From: a virus | Virus record (IMG/VR): IMGVR_UViG_3300045988_137032 | Coordinates: 64,001 to 128,000 of that record | Direction: 5' to 3' (one strand) | DNA: 64,000 nucleotides | Shown here: positions 9,485-19,970 of the stretch, one piece after another | Layout: the number at the start of each line of letters is the position of its first letter | Position numbering within the stretch: position 1 is the stretch's first letter | Notes under the pieces: generated by a model | What the model was told of the DNA's origin: nothing | Databases searched by the model: none | The model's input: the letters and a program-made list of their open reading frames with translations, nothing else | Translations under genes and position numbers: made by a program

Positions 9485-10769
9485 AAGCCATTACGGTTTT
9501 CTTTAATACCACAGTACTAATTACATCAAACTCACAGTTGTTACCATTGAAGATATTTACACATGTTCCAATTCGATATGTACCACCATACTTACTATGA
9601 AGCAATTGGTTCTCAAAGATTACTGTGCATTCTTTATTCGGAGTTAATCCAAGAATATCGACATTTTGCATAGCAATTGTGAGCATCATGTTATTTCCTG
9701 TCTGGATTGCTTGATATACTGTGGACTTATATGGATTAGAAGAATTATTATACAGCGTCGTCTTATTTGCATTACCAACGATATTCTGTTTGCTTGCTTT
9801 TGCAGTAGATGCACTATTCGCTTTCATATCCACAATGTCTGCTTCTGTACCATCAATGACATTACCAGAAACACTTGCACTATGAATCGAAATACTACTA
9901 CTCGATACGTTGTAGTAGTAATGCTCATCTTTTGGCTTTTCGAGCATATTACTCATATAAGAATGAGTATTCTTCTTATCCATTACATAGAAGACAGATT
10001 CTTTCCATTCTTTCTTCTTGTATGTAGTACATCCGCCTTTACAGTCAATGATATATCCATTATTGAATCCAAAAAATATTGTAGTGCCATATTGATGGAA
10101 ACCTACGTTATTATTTAGATACTTTAATTGCTTATCAATTGACTGCGGAGGTAATACCATCTCAGAATAACTCTTTGTATTCTGCAATGGAGACATCAAT
10201 ACATCACTCACTCCTGCTTGAGAAAGTAAATACGAAATTGCAGTAGTCATATCAACTTCCTGCATAATCACATTTACTTGTTTCCGTAAGCCACTTACCC
10301 AATCTTTTTTGAATAAGAATAGCTCAACCATATTGAGTAGTTCTTCAAGCTTATTGACGTCTTTCTTTGTATCTCCCTCTTCTTTTAGTTGCTGCTCATA
10401 GTCCTGATTTTCATCATCTGCAAATAATACAAATTTTGTATTAAATACATCTCTATCACAGCTCTTACTTTCCGTAAGGGTATTACCGGAATACTTTCGA
10501 TAGAAAGACTGAAGTCTCACGATGATTTCTACTTTATTCTTATTCTTAATCATCGCGTAGTAACGAGATGCTTCAAGTAGCACATTTACTTTGAAGATGG
10601 GGAAAGTAGCATCATCATAATAATTCTCAATCTTGAATGTCTGGATTCTTTCCAGAGGAATTTCATCTTCTTTACCATCGATAGAAATCGTAAACTTTGA
10701 AATCTTGTATTTGTATTCAAGAAATCTATCTTTCTTTTCATCAATGGTAAGGGATTGTGTCGTAGCCAT
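9483..10769 (-). CDS. hypothetical protein (weak resemblance to gpD/gp27-type baseplate hub N-terminus)
   Basis: 428-aa ORF with an upstream GGAAGGAG. The N-terminal pattern IQTFKIENYYDDATFPIFKVNVLLEA is only loosely hub-like, so the function is not established. Confidence 0.7.
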   Translation of the reverse strand: MATTQSLTIDEKKDRFLEYKYKISKFTISIDGKEDEIPLERIQTFKIENYYDDATFPIFKVNVLLEASRYYAMIKNKNKVEIIVRLQSFYRKYSGNTLTESKSCDRDVFNTKFVLFADDENQDYEQQLKEEGDTKKDVNKLEELLNMVELFLFKKDWVSGLRKQVNVIMQEVDMTTAISYLLSQAGVSDVLMSPLQNTKSYSEMVLPPQSIDKQLKYLNNNVGFHQYGTTIFFGFNNGYIIDCKGGCTTYKKKEWKESVFYVMDKKNTHSYMSNMLEKPKDEHYYYNVSSSSISIHSASVSGNVIDGTEADIVDMKANSASTAKASKQNIVGNANKTTLYNNSSNPYKSTVYQAIQTGNNMMLTIAMQNVDILGLTPNKECTVIFENQLLHSKYGGTYRIGTCVNIFNGNNCEFDVISTVVLKKTVMA

Positions 10770-10808
10770 AAGAAAAAAATCATCTCCTTCCTTTTATGAT
10801 GATTTTTC

Positions 10809-11888
10809 TTAGTTTATTAACTCGTTTATCATGATAGGATAGAACTGATACACCGTACGATTCAGTTCTTCCAATGAGTTCCTATCATAACGATCTGTGA
10901 TTTGACTCTTTATTTCAAATGCATCAGATTCTGTCATATCAGAATATTGACTATCCAGATTAATGCACTTGCAATTTGTTTCCATATACTCATCCATCTC
11001 ATTGAAGATAGAACAGCATACTTTAATGGATCTACACTTACTGGTTAACTCTCCTTCTTTGATTGCTTTCTTAATCTTATTTGATACTGTCTTAGGCCCA
11101 ATTCCTCTTACCGAGTTAATATTACGTCTAGTATCACCAATGGATGCAAGGCACATAGAATAAAACATCTTATTGTAAAATACATCCACGTTATTTACTA
11201 CTGCCATATTATCTCGGAAGATCATCGGAATCACTTTACTGAAATCATTTAAGAATAATACTTGCCCAGAAGATCTCTTTACCAGTAGAGTAAAGAAGTT
11301 CTGATAGTTCATATACTGGGTGTCAATGATATCTCCAGTAATAATGAAATTCTTTCTATCTGGATATTCTTTACTAACTGCAATAGGGACCACAGATGAA
11401 TCAATTCCAGTTGTCTTTATGAAGTAAACATCAGGGATGAATTCCATGATAGCACTTACCGTAGGAATAATTTCATCCATGAATTTTCTTCCAATTGAAG
11501 CATATTTACCAGACTTGAATTTATACCGGTAGTATTCACGGTAGTGGTCAATATACTTCTTATTATTAAATTTCCTAGCATCAATGTAACTATAATACAG
11601 AAAGACTTTTGTATCAAGTCCATGCTTACGGAAGAATCGTTTGTAGTGCGCTGCTAGATTGATAATACCAGTTACACATATCTTATCAAAATTCTCATCT
11701 CCTAATGCAATCTCATCAACATCTTTTAGAGTTAATATACTATGAAGCAGAGTTTCAATATTGATGAATACACTCACTTTGTCATCTGGTGATAAGAACT
11801 TCTTTTCTCGTATTATCTGTGCATATTGAAGGTATCGTATCTTCATACTGGAAAAGCACACTTCATATGGGTTTGTGTCACTATTCAT
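10809..11888 (-). CDS. flap endonuclease / 5'-3' exonuclease (T4 RNase H-like)
   Basis: H3TH-type motif VRGIGPKTVSNKIKKAIKEG; acidic motif IITGDIIDTQY; RBS AAGGTGAAAG. Confidence 0.75.
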   Translation of the reverse strand: MNSDTNPYEVCFSSMKIRYLQYAQIIREKKFLSPDDKVSVFINIETLLHSILTLKDVDEIALGDENFDKICVTGIINLAAHYKRFFRKHGLDTKVFLYYSYIDARKFNNKKYIDHYREYYRYKFKSGKYASIGRKFMDEIIPTVSAIMEFIPDVYFIKTTGIDSSVVPIAVSKEYPDRKNFIITGDIIDTQYMNYQNFFTLLVKRSSGQVLFLNDFSKVIPMIFRDNMAVVNNVDVFYNKMFYSMCLASIGDTRRNINSVRGIGPKTVSNKIKKAIKEGELTSKCRSIKVCCSIFNEMDEYMETNCKCINLDSQYSDMTESDAFEIKSQITDRYDRNSLEELNRTVYQFYPIMINELIN

Positions 11889-11904
11889 TCTTTCACCTTC
11901 TTAT

Positions 11905-11953
11905 GAAAAAATAAAGAGACAGTCTGATCCTTAACGTGTCAGACTGTCTCTTT
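11905..11953 (-). terminator. intrinsic terminator of the 12024-12815 gene
   Basis: 15-bp stem AAAGAGACAGTCTGA / TCAGACTGTCTCTTT with a T-run on the minus strand. Confidence 0.8.
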
Positions 11954-12023
11954 CCTACTTACTGTCTACACCCGATAAGTAGTGCTAAATTTATTTGCTT
12001 GGATTAAATCACTTTCGTGTGAA

Positions 12024-12815
12024 TTACAGATTGGTCAGCGAGTTGCTGATCATCTCATTCTCGCTCATGTTGCCGCCATTGTGCTTACCCTTCTTATTCT
12101 TCTTGTCGTTGCGGGTAGCGCACTTAACGATATACTGCCACTTACCAGTAGCAGTTTGCTGATTTGCATGCAGATAGACCTCAAAGGGACGGTTGTTGAG
12201 ATCGGTGACATTCTTGTTTCCAGCTTCCACCATGTCCTTGAACACGGCTTTCGGATCGATCAGAACGATCACGCGAGTGCAACCTTTGTGGAAGCGATGG
12301 ATATGGGGCTTCGCATGCTTGCGAATCTTGTTGACAAGTTCGACATTCAGGTGCATACGACGCATGAAATCACGGTCATAGAAACCCTTCAGATCTTCCT
12401 TCTTGAACATATACTGCTCAATGATGGATGCATAAGGCTCACGCAGAGTAATGGTACCTGCACCAGTATCGCCCTCCTCATCACCCATGTAACGAGCTGC
12501 CATGTTCATCAGATCCACCGTTCCACCAGACTGCTTGTTGTTCTTCCGGTTATCCTGACCATCCTCGAGAGCACTCAGAGGAAGAGTCAGCCAGAAGGGG
12601 ACAAACACAGGTTTGGGATCCTTCTTCATGTAGCTGTAGACACGGGAGACGAGCTGCACTCCTTCATCAGGAATGCTGCCTCCTCTGTTCTTGTTCCAGC
12701 CTGCGATGGCTGCGGACAGACGGGCATTGATGAACTCTTCAGCAGCCTGCGTAGAGCTCTTATACTCGATCTCGTTGTCGATGCGGATCAGCCCGATGTT
12801 GTTGTTGATGTCCAT
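12024..12815 (-). CDS. hypothetical protein, monocistronic unit with strongly biased (GC3-rich) codons
   Basis: RBS AAAGGAGAAAA. Has its own class A motif upstream and its own terminator downstream. A full-length mirror ORF lies on the plus strand. Confidence 0.85.
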   Translation of the reverse strand: MDINNNIGLIRIDNEIEYKSSTQAAEEFINARLSAAIAGWNKNRGGSIPDEGVQLVSRVYSYMKKDPKPVFVPFWLTLPLSALEDGQDNRKNNKQSGGTVDLMNMAARYMGDEEGDTGAGTITLREPYASIIEQYMFKKEDLKGFYDRDFMRRMHLNVELVNKIRKHAKPHIHRFHKGCTRVIVLIDPKAVFKDMVEAGNKNVTDLNNRPFEVYLHANQQTATGKWQYIVKCATRNDKKNKKGKHNGGNMSENEMISNSLTNL

Positions 12816-12970
12816 AGTTGTTTTTCTCCTTTAATAATTAAAATAATTTGTGTTGCAGTATAGCAATTTCACTCGACGGGTAAAATTGTAACCTATACTT
12901 ACTTCCTATCGGAATTAGTTGTTTGTATGTGTAGACATTTGAAATTATACTCTCAACTTCATCCTATGTA

Positions 12971-12980
12971 TATAATATAT
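12971..12980 (-). promoter_or_regulatory. candidate class A promoter core ATATATTATA
   Basis: minus strand reads gattATATATTATAtacatagg; lies upstream of the 12024-12815 gene. Confidence 0.45.
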
Positions 12981-12982
12981 AA

Positions 12983-14287
12983 TCATAAGCCTGATTTGTA
13001 AATATAGTCATTTACAGAGCTTTTCTTAATGGTGATGATCTTCCGAGAATGATCGGGCATAGCATTCAGAGAGATACCATATACGCAATTCGACGGAGCA
13101 AACTTCAGAGTATATAGCAGATAGTTTGTCTTACGATCTTCGCTAACAGCAACGAACTTCGTAGCCATGCTGTTATTGATATCGACCGTTACGATGATAG
13201 AGAGATTGGTATTCCGGAGATTCCCAATATCATTCGCAGACAGTGCGAATTCAATGTCTCTACCACAAACATCGTCTTTGATGTATCGAGCAATTTCATC
13301 AGGAGTGATGAAACGCAATTGCTCAGTAACATCATACAGTTCATCGGAATCCAGAACCATATGGCTATGGACATTTTGGATGATAGAATAACCATTGATT
13401 GTCTGCATATTGCTTGTACGAATCTTCTTATCGGTTATTGAATAACCATATTTCTCTGGATATACCATATAGGAAAGCTGATCGAGTGTATCATCACGTT
13501 CCCAGCAACGCCATACAGCATCAACGAGTTCACGACTCTGACATTGCGGACGCATAGCTAAAAGGAAACGATTTGCATGAGGCTGAGCCTTAGCTCCAAG
13601 CATATGGAAATAGACTGCGATCAGAATTGCAATGTCATTGATATCAGCAGGACCTACATAATCCATCTTACAGATATTACTAAGGCCTGCAACGAAATTA
13701 TACTTCAGGCAGTCACTGTTAACACATGAATCAGGACCATTGCTATTCATCCAGCAGATTTTTGTGTATACATCCAGACAACGAACTTTCCAAGGCATGA
13801 TGTGCTGTGTGAGGAGCATTGCAGAAGTGCGCATTGCTTTAGCAGCCTTCTCATCATCACGACCATCGAAGTAGTGAAGGAATTCACTGACCTTATCTTC
13901 CAACTCATACATGAGCTGGTCCGTATGTGAAGGAGAGTTCATGATAGTCTTCAAGAACTTTACAGGATTCACATCGCCGATGGTAGGAAGTTCATCACTG
14001 AATCGGTCAATCATCAGCATGATACGAGAATATTTTGCCTGATAGGTAGCAGAATCATACAAATCATCATTGATATCTACTACCTTATAGGACATATACC
14101 GTGTAAAGTAATCACGAAGCGTATTATACTTTGCAAACTTTCGAGGACCGGGATGATCAAAAAGTATCTTATCAATCGTAAAGAGATTGAATCGAACGTA
14201 ATTCTCAAGGTCAGCAGGCATACTGGGAAGGCAATCCAATACCTCAGCAGCCAGCCATTTGTCTTTCAAGATAACCGAGTAGTCCAT
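12983..14287 (-). CDS. hypothetical protein
   Basis: 434-aa ORF; RBS GGAGGATCATAGAA before the ATG. Confidence 0.8.
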   Translation of the reverse strand: MDYSVILKDKWLAAEVLDCLPSMPADLENYVRFNLFTIDKILFDHPGPRKFAKYNTLRDYFTRYMSYKVVDINDDLYDSATYQAKYSRIMLMIDRFSDELPTIGDVNPVKFLKTIMNSPSHTDQLMYELEDKVSEFLHYFDGRDDEKAAKAMRTSAMLLTQHIMPWKVRCLDVYTKICWMNSNGPDSCVNSDCLKYNFVAGLSNICKMDYVGPADINDIAILIAVYFHMLGAKAQPHANRFLLAMRPQCQSRELVDAVWRCWERDDTLDQLSYMVYPEKYGYSITDKKIRTSNMQTINGYSIIQNVHSHMVLDSDELYDVTEQLRFITPDEIARYIKDDVCGRDIEFALSANDIGNLRNTNLSIIVTVDINNSMATKFVAVSEDRKTNYLLYTLKFAPSNCVYGISLNAMPDHSRKIITIKKSSVNDYIYKSGL

Positions 14288-14301
14288 TTCTATGATCCTC
14301 C

Positions 14302-15075
14302 TTATACCATGTAAATTGGTGTATTATCGTTCGCAGCAAATTTTTCTTTTGCTGTTTCTAAGTATCTTAAGAAGATTTCATTTTGCTTATTTGTGACCTT
14401 CAGGTAATTAAACTGATTGGAATTTGTCTTCATGACTTGATCTTTAAGTCTTTCTTTTACTTTATCAACATCCTGAATCTTATGGTGCATATTTGGATTG
14501 TCTCCACCATCTTTTACTTCAATCTCCAAATTAAGAGAAGGAATAAAGAAGTCAGGAATGTAAAAATGCTGCTTTCCATCATACATGTAGTTGTACGTAT
14601 GAGGGGAAGGAGCCATGACGTCAGAAGACGGAAAATCCATAATCTTATCAAGGAATTCAAGGAAGGATAATTCATAGCTTCCTGTATAAGGAAGCTTCTT
14701 ACTCCCATCACTCCATGTATAGACGCCGCTAATACTTCTATTAGCGAGCATTTTCTTCTGTTGATCCGGATCATTTAAGAGCGTAATCTTTCCATAGGAA
14801 CCAATCATACGCTTCTTAAACATTTCTCGATATGCAATTTTGCATTTCGGATTATCACAAAAACGCTTATACTTCTTCGTCTTTGGATTCCATCCAGTAG
14901 GTTTTTTGCACATGACACAATTACCATGTGTCCTACCGGTCTTCATATAATAGTAAAATTGATATGCATCCATGTCAGGTGGAATCATGTCAATATGTGC
15001 TTTCTCAAGATGAGCAGCCATTGCATCTGCGTCAGGAAATACTTTTCCGCAGAATTTGCATTTAATTGAAGGCAT
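14302..15075 (-). CDS. zinc-finger protein with TnsA-N/PD-(D/E)xK-like nuclease core
   Basis: C2H2-like CKFCGKVFPDADAMAAHLEKAH and CVMC...CDNPKC. Nuclease pattern GSYELSFLEFL ... YIPDFFIPSLNLEIEVKD (S-x-x-E, PDF, E-x-K). Confidence 0.5.
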   Translation of the reverse strand: MPSIKCKFCGKVFPDADAMAAHLEKAHIDMIPPDMDAYQFYYYMKTGRTHGNCVMCKKPTGWNPKTKKYKRFCDNPKCKIAYREMFKKRMIGSYGKITLLNDPDQQKKMLANRSISGVYTWSDGSKKLPYTGSYELSFLEFLDKIMDFPSSDVMAPSPHTYNYMYDGKQHFYIPDFFIPSLNLEIEVKDGGDNPNMHHKIQDVDKVKERLKDQVMKTNSNQFNYLKVTNKQNEIFLRYLETAKEKFAANDNTPIYMV

Positions 15076-15108
15076 TTATCTCACGTCCTTTCATTAGAAT
15101 TGTAAGCT

Positions 15109-15120
15109 TATTCCAGTGTT
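15109..15120 (-). promoter_or_regulatory. candidate class B promoter motif AACA-N6-TA
   Basis: minus strand reads cttaaAAACActggaaTAag, about 45 nt upstream of start 15075. Confidence 0.45.
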
Positions 15121-15205
15121 TTTAAGGGCTAAAATTATAAATCACCTAAATTACACTCATTTAAGCTTACAACTAGACATATTAATACAGGAGGTGATGA
15201 TACAT

Positions 15206-15619
15206 ATGGCATCTATTAAGAAAAGAGTAGAGCCTAACTTCGGATTAGACGATTTCGGAAAAGCCAAATATTTGAATGAGACGGAAGCATTAGCAAACGC
15301 CATTCTCAATCTGTTATTTGGCAAACCGGGATATTTTCCATCAATGCCGAATCTCGGTATTAATATACAGAGTATTCTATACTCATTCTGGGATGAGATT
15401 AATGTCGATCAGTTGAAAGCAGAGATCGTGGATCAGTGTCAATCGTTCTCTGAATATATTAAGACTGGTGAACTTGATGTCATCAAAACCTATAATAACG
15501 GCCAACCGTTGTTATTGATCGTACTTCCCACAAAGATTCTTGATGGCAAGAAAAGTCTTTCCGTCGGTGTCACCCAAGATAAAAGTGGAAATGTGTCGTA
15601 TAACTACGTCTATATTTAA
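15206..15619 (+). CDS. baseplate wedge protein, gp25/GPW-like
   Basis: RBS AGGAGGTG before ATG 15206. EALANAILNLLFGKPGYFPSMPNLGINIQSILYS matches the gp25 pattern (SIKNSLLGIITTRKGSRPFDPEFG in T4, from memory). Confidence 0.55.
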   Translation: MASIKKRVEPNFGLDDFGKAKYLNETEALANAILNLLFGKPGYFPSMPNLGINIQSILYSFWDEINVDQLKAEIVDQCQSFSEYIKTGELDVIKTYNNGQPLLLIVLPTKILDGKKSLSVGVTQDKSGNVSYNYVYI

Positions 15620-15642
15620 TACTCCAAGAAAGGATGATTACA

Positions 15643-17352
15643 ATGGCTGAAAATATGAATGAAACGGCTGGGACCGTCAATCCCACGATTAATCGGGATA
15701 CTGCAATGGATATTGCATCCCTAATTAAGACCGCAAAGAAGGAGGAGCCTGCTACCAATCCGGTTCCTACTGTGAATGGTCCTATGACTGCTCCGGAAGG
15801 TAAGACTGAGGAAGCGGTTGCTCATAAGACCAAGCTTGAGCAGATGATGGAAGCTCAGAAGACTCAGACTCTGGGCATGGTCGTCAATACTGCTGATCTG
15901 AACCATGATGAAAAGGTTCAGATGAAGAATAAGACTGCTGATGATGCTATGAGCGACGCAGATAAGTATCTGGCTGATATGGATGCTCAGATTGAAGTCG
16001 CTAAGCAGATCAAGGTCCCTCGTCCTGCTAATCCTCAGCAGATGGTTGGTATTATGGATGCTCTGGATCGTGCTGCTAAGAACCCTGAGATTCTGAAGAC
16101 TGGTGAAGCTCCCGCCGAGGAGACTCCGGCTACTGAATCTACTGAGCAGGCTCCTGTTGAAGAGAATAAGACTGAAGAAACTGCTCCTGCTACTGAAGCA
16201 GTAGCAGAAAAGACCGAGGAAGAGAAGAAGGCAGAGCTGAAGAAGCAGGTTATCAATGTCCTTATTGATAAGACTGGTATGGGCGCTGACTTTCACTTTA
16301 CTGATGAAGAGAAAGAGAAACTTACTGTATCAAATGAGATCCATGTAACTGAAGTCGAAGACGTTGATCTGGCTACTATCACCGTTAAGAAGCCTGAGAA
16401 GTCTTTCGTTGATTCTGTCAACGAGTATCAGCTGTCTTCTACTCGTGTTCCTGTGGTCTTTACTGTGTCTCGTTTCCGTGCATATATGACCGGTCTTACC
16501 TATGGTGAGATGTCTGATATCGTGCTGACGAATGAGGCAAATAACTTCGATAAGCTGAATAAGCGTCTGTCTATCATCTATAACAAGATGGTCAATCCTT
16601 CTTGTGGCAAGTTTGATAGCTACGACGACTTCCTGAAGAAGTTTGCATTTGCTGATATGAGCCTTGCTATTTACGGTCTTGTGATCGCAACCTTCCCCGA
16701 GGTTGATGAGATCGGTATGAACTGCAATAACGAGACTTGTAAGAAGAGCTTCACCCATAAGTTCTCTCCTCGTTCTCTCCTGCGATTCGAGGAGTGTGGT
16801 GATAAGTTCATCAGTGCAATGGATGAGATTGTTAATTGCCCTGCTGGTAAGGAAAAGGAGCTGCTTGAGACTTCTCCCTGCCAGAAGCATAAGCGCGTTC
16901 GTCTGCCGGATTCCAAGTACATCATTGAGATTGGCTTTGCATCTGCATACGAGTATCTGTATAATGTCATGGATAAGCTGGATGGCGATAAGTTCAAGGA
17001 AAATCATCCGGATGACGTCAATGGTGTTATGGCAGATATCGTTAGCCTGCTGCCTATCGTTCGTTCCGTGTACGTACCGAATGCCGATAGTTCTTACACA
17101 TGCTACACCGATGCAAACGATATGATCGAAGCACTCTATACCGTTAAGCCCGGTGAGATTAAGCTGATCGTCCAGCTGATGCGTCAGTATGTTGTTGGCT
17201 ACGAATTCGGCTTCTTCCTGACAAATGTCCGTTGCCCGCACTGTGGCTCTCTGTCTAAGATGGTTCCTCTGGATTCCATTGAGAACATGCTTTTTCGTCA
17301 GTATCAGCGTCTAACGAATACGAATCTCGACACAAGCAGTATTACGGAGTAA
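15643..17352 (+). CDS. hypothetical protein with Glu/Pro/Thr-rich linker and Cys clusters
   Basis: RBS AAAGGA before ATG 15643; CNNETCKKSF ... CPHCGS; GC3-rich codons. Confidence 0.8.
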   Translation: MAENMNETAGTVNPTINRDTAMDIASLIKTAKKEEPATNPVPTVNGPMTAPEGKTEEAVAHKTKLEQMMEAQKTQTLGMVVNTADLNHDEKVQMKNKTADDAMSDADKYLADMDAQIEVAKQIKVPRPANPQQMVGIMDALDRAAKNPEILKTGEAPAEETPATESTEQAPVEENKTEETAPATEAVAEKTEEEKKAELKKQVINVLIDKTGMGADFHFTDEEKEKLTVSNEIHVTEVEDVDLATITVKKPEKSFVDSVNEYQLSSTRVPVVFTVSRFRAYMTGLTYGEMSDIVLTNEANNFDKLNKRLSIIYNKMVNPSCGKFDSYDDFLKKFAFADMSLAIYGLVIATFPEVDEIGMNCNNETCKKSFTHKFSPRSLLRFEECGDKFISAMDEIVNCPAGKEKELLETSPCQKHKRVRLPDSKYIIEIGFASAYEYLYNVMDKLDGDKFKENHPDDVNGVMADIVSLLPIVRSVYVPNADSSYTCYTDANDMIEALYTVKPGEIKLIVQLMRQYVVGYEFGFFLTNVRCPHCGSLSKMVPLDSIENMLFRQYQRLTNTNLDTSSITE

Positions 17353-17360
17353 TCAGTGAT

Positions 17361-17534
17361 ATGCTTGCCCTTTTCAAGGGAGAGCTTTCGTACAATGATA
17401 TTATGCGAAGCATGGTATACAAAGACATGATTGCTCTGAGAGACGCCAGAGTTGATCAGATTTTGAAAGAGCGGGACGAACAGGAGAAAGCGGCTCGCGC
17501 TGCAAAGAATAATGCTGAAAATGGAGTAAAGTGA
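17361..17534 (+). CDS. small (57 aa) hypothetical protein missing from the ORF track
   Basis: ATG 8 nt after the upstream stop. Reads MLALFKGELSYNDIMRSMVYKDMIALRDARVDQILKERDEQEKAARAAKNNAENGVK. The overlapping 79-aa minus ORF looks spurious. Confidence 0.5.
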   Translation: MLALFKGELSYNDIMRSMVYKDMIALRDARVDQILKERDEQEKAARAAKNNAENGVK

Positions 17535-17605
17535 GAATACCAACCACCAAAGTTCCTATTTGAATTTTGAATTATTCTTCATTTTTGAATAGGAGTTATA
17601 ATCCC

Positions 17606-17932
17606 ATGGTGAATACATTAGACGCATTTGCAAATGCATTGTGCTGTGATTCTCTTGAAGGATTAGAATGTATTCTTCAGTATCATTATAGGAAACTTAA
17701 GTTCCTTCATAAGCTGGTTTCTTCTCAGTCAAAATTCATTGATGAGATTGCATCTGATTATGATGCAAATACATCATTAATGGTAAATATCACAATGAGT
17801 GATAATAAGGCTGCTAAGAAACTGCGTAAGATGATTGAAAATGCTATAGATGATATCGACGGATACGATCTTATCGTATCAATGAATAACGACACAATCA
17901 ATCTCATTATCGACTGCGATGAAATTCGATAA
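17606..17932 (+). CDS. hypothetical protein
   Basis: RBS AGGAG before ATG 17606. Confidence 0.65.
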   Translation: MVNTLDAFANALCCDSLEGLECILQYHYRKLKFLHKLVSSQSKFIDEIASDYDANTSLMVNITMSDNKAAKKLRKMIENAIDDIDGYDLIVSMNNDTINLIIDCDEIR

Positions 17933-17945
17933 TTGATGATAAAAT

Positions 17946-17992
17946 GAGAACCGAGTATAAGTTACATTAAGACTTATACTCGGTTCTCTTTG
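17946..17992 (+). terminator. intrinsic terminator
   Basis: 16-bp stem GAGAACCGAGTATAAG / CTTATACTCGGTTCTC plus TTT. Confidence 0.8.
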
Positions 17993-17994
17993 AG

Positions 17995-18006
17995 GACAGT
18001 ATCGTA
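17995..18006 (+). promoter_or_regulatory. class B-like variant GACA-N6-TA
   Basis: tgagGACAgtatcgTAat, about 50 nt upstream of ATG 18047; deviates at the first base. Confidence 0.25.
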
Positions 18007-18046
18007 ATTTGACACTATATCATAGAGAAAGGAATGATGAGTTACA

Positions 18047-19594
18047 ATGAGAATTGATTTATTCGATATGGATGAATTTGTTAAGATTAACCATCTTAAA
18101 GAAGTTACATCTCCAGTTCTTTTTGAACGTGGTGGAATTCCGAATCCCAATGGATTGATTTCCAATGAGATCTTTGGTGTTTCTGTGAAATCTCGTAAAG
18201 AGACGTTTGCATACATTAATCTGCATGGTTATTTCTTTCATCCTCATATCTATAAGATCATGAAACGCGTATTCCGTAATATTGATCAGATTGTGGATGG
18301 TAGTCAAACATTTTCCATTCAAGATGGTAAGCTTGTGAAAGATCCAAATGGCGATACTGGAATTAATTGGATCTATAACAACTGGAGTAAGATCAAGTGG
18401 GAAGGTAATGGCGGTATGTCATCTGAACGCTGTGACCTTATCGGTAAGACAAAGAAGAATGAAGTCTTCTTAACAAAGGAAATCGTAATTCCTGCATTCT
18501 ATCGTGATATCAAGACAAGCAAGGGCGGCGGTGGAGAATCCACTGAACTCAATAACCTCTATACGAGATTGATTCGTATGGGAGCTATGCTTGAGAATGC
18601 AGACATGTTTGATTTCTCTTTCCATTCTACAAATGCTACTATACAGAATACTCTGGTTGAGATTTATGATTTCTTCAAGAATAGTTTGGATAAGAAGAAC
18701 GGTATGCTCCGTAAGTATCTGCTTGGTAAGAACGTGGACTACTGTGTTCGTACAGTTATCTCTGCACCGTCCTATAACTGCGAGAATCCGAAAGATAATA
18801 TCGTTGACTTTAAGCACGCAGCATTACCTCTGTCCCAGGTCATCGTTGAAGCATATCCGTTCATTGTGGCATGGGTAAGAAACTTCATTGAGCGTGAAAT
18901 TCTGGAAGTCCAGAATAGTAAGGAAGGTCTTTCTGGTGGTAGCTATACACTGAAGAACCCTGAATCATACTTTAATGATGAATATATCAGGAAGCGTCTT
19001 GGCCAGTTTACCAAAGATCCTTCCAGCCGATATGATCTAGTTACAGTTCCTCTTACCAATGGTAAGGAACTTCCCTTGCAGTTTAAGGGAATGATGGTTG
19101 GTGTATCTGCTGATAAAGCATCAATTGCACGTCCTCTCACTTGGTGTGATGTTCTCTATATGGCAGCAGTTGAGTGTACTCAGGATAAGTATTGTATGAT
19201 TACACGTTATCCTGTCCTGAATAACTTTGGTTTCTTTATTGCAAAGATCAATGTGTCTTCTACGCTTCATACTATTCCTGTTAAGGTGAATGATACCATT
19301 TATAAGTGGTATCCTGACATTGATGTGGATATGCCTAGAAGTCAGGTTGCAAATAACTTCATTGATACAACTCGTTTCTCAGATTCTTACCTGAAGGGTC
19401 TGGATGGTGACTACGATGGAGACCAGGTTACTTCAAAGATTTTCTGGACTCAGGAAGCGAATGCTGAATGTGAGAGAGTTATCAATAGTAAATCTTTTGC
19501 ATTGAATCCGAATGGTTCCAATTGTCGTATTATCGACTTGGAGGCTATCCAGACTTTCTATGTACTTACGAAGGATGCGCCTAAAGTAAGTTAA
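18047..19594 (+). CDS. multisubunit RNA polymerase beta-prime-like subunit, N-terminal half (set 1)
   Basis: GLISNEIFG; LLGKNVDYCVRTVISAP (compare LLGKRVDYSGRSVI); catalytic GLDGDYDGDQV (compare NADFDGDQ). Confidence 0.8.
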   Translation: MRIDLFDMDEFVKINHLKEVTSPVLFERGGIPNPNGLISNEIFGVSVKSRKETFAYINLHGYFFHPHIYKIMKRVFRNIDQIVDGSQTFSIQDGKLVKDPNGDTGINWIYNNWSKIKWEGNGGMSSERCDLIGKTKKNEVFLTKEIVIPAFYRDIKTSKGGGGESTELNNLYTRLIRMGAMLENADMFDFSFHSTNATIQNTLVEIYDFFKNSLDKKNGMLRKYLLGKNVDYCVRTVISAPSYNCENPKDNIVDFKHAALPLSQVIVEAYPFIVAWVRNFIEREILEVQNSKEGLSGGSYTLKNPESYFNDEYIRKRLGQFTKDPSSRYDLVTVPLTNGKELPLQFKGMMVGVSADKASIARPLTWCDVLYMAAVECTQDKYCMITRYPVLNNFGFFIAKINVSSTLHTIPVKVNDTIYKWYPDIDVDMPRSQVANNFIDTTRFSDSYLKGLDGDYDGDQVTSKIFWTQEANAECERVINSKSFALNPNGSNCRIIDLEAIQTFYVLTKDAPKVS

Positions 19595-19612
19595 TGACCA
19601 AGGAGAAAGTAT

Positions 19613-19939
19613 ATGAATGAATTCATCGAATTCTGCAAACACATCGTTTCTGCATTGATCGATTACCGCGATACATTGAAAGAAGAGTATGAGAACGATG
19701 AGAATAAAATTCACCGTTCTAGGATGGATAATATTCCATTCGCATCCACATTCATATCATCGATTACTGCTAATATGTCCGTAACAGCACAAAGAATTGT
19801 GACTGTGGATAACGATATTAACGAGTTAGTTAAACTCATTAGTATTGGTGATATACCAAATATCCAATATTTCATTCAGAATAAACTAATGTATCGAGAG
19901 TATCTCTCTGATGCATTTGAGCAGTTTTTCTATCATTAA
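19613..19939 (+). CDS. hypothetical protein
   Basis: RBS AAGGAGAAAG; 108 aa. Confidence 0.7.
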   Translation: MNEFIEFCKHIVSALIDYRDTLKEEYENDENKIHRSRMDNIPFASTFISSITANMSVTAQRIVTVDNDINELVKLISIGDIPNIQYFIQNKLMYREYLSDAFEQFFYH

Positions 19940-19970
19940 TCCATTTACCGTATTTTCTCAAATTTCAATT

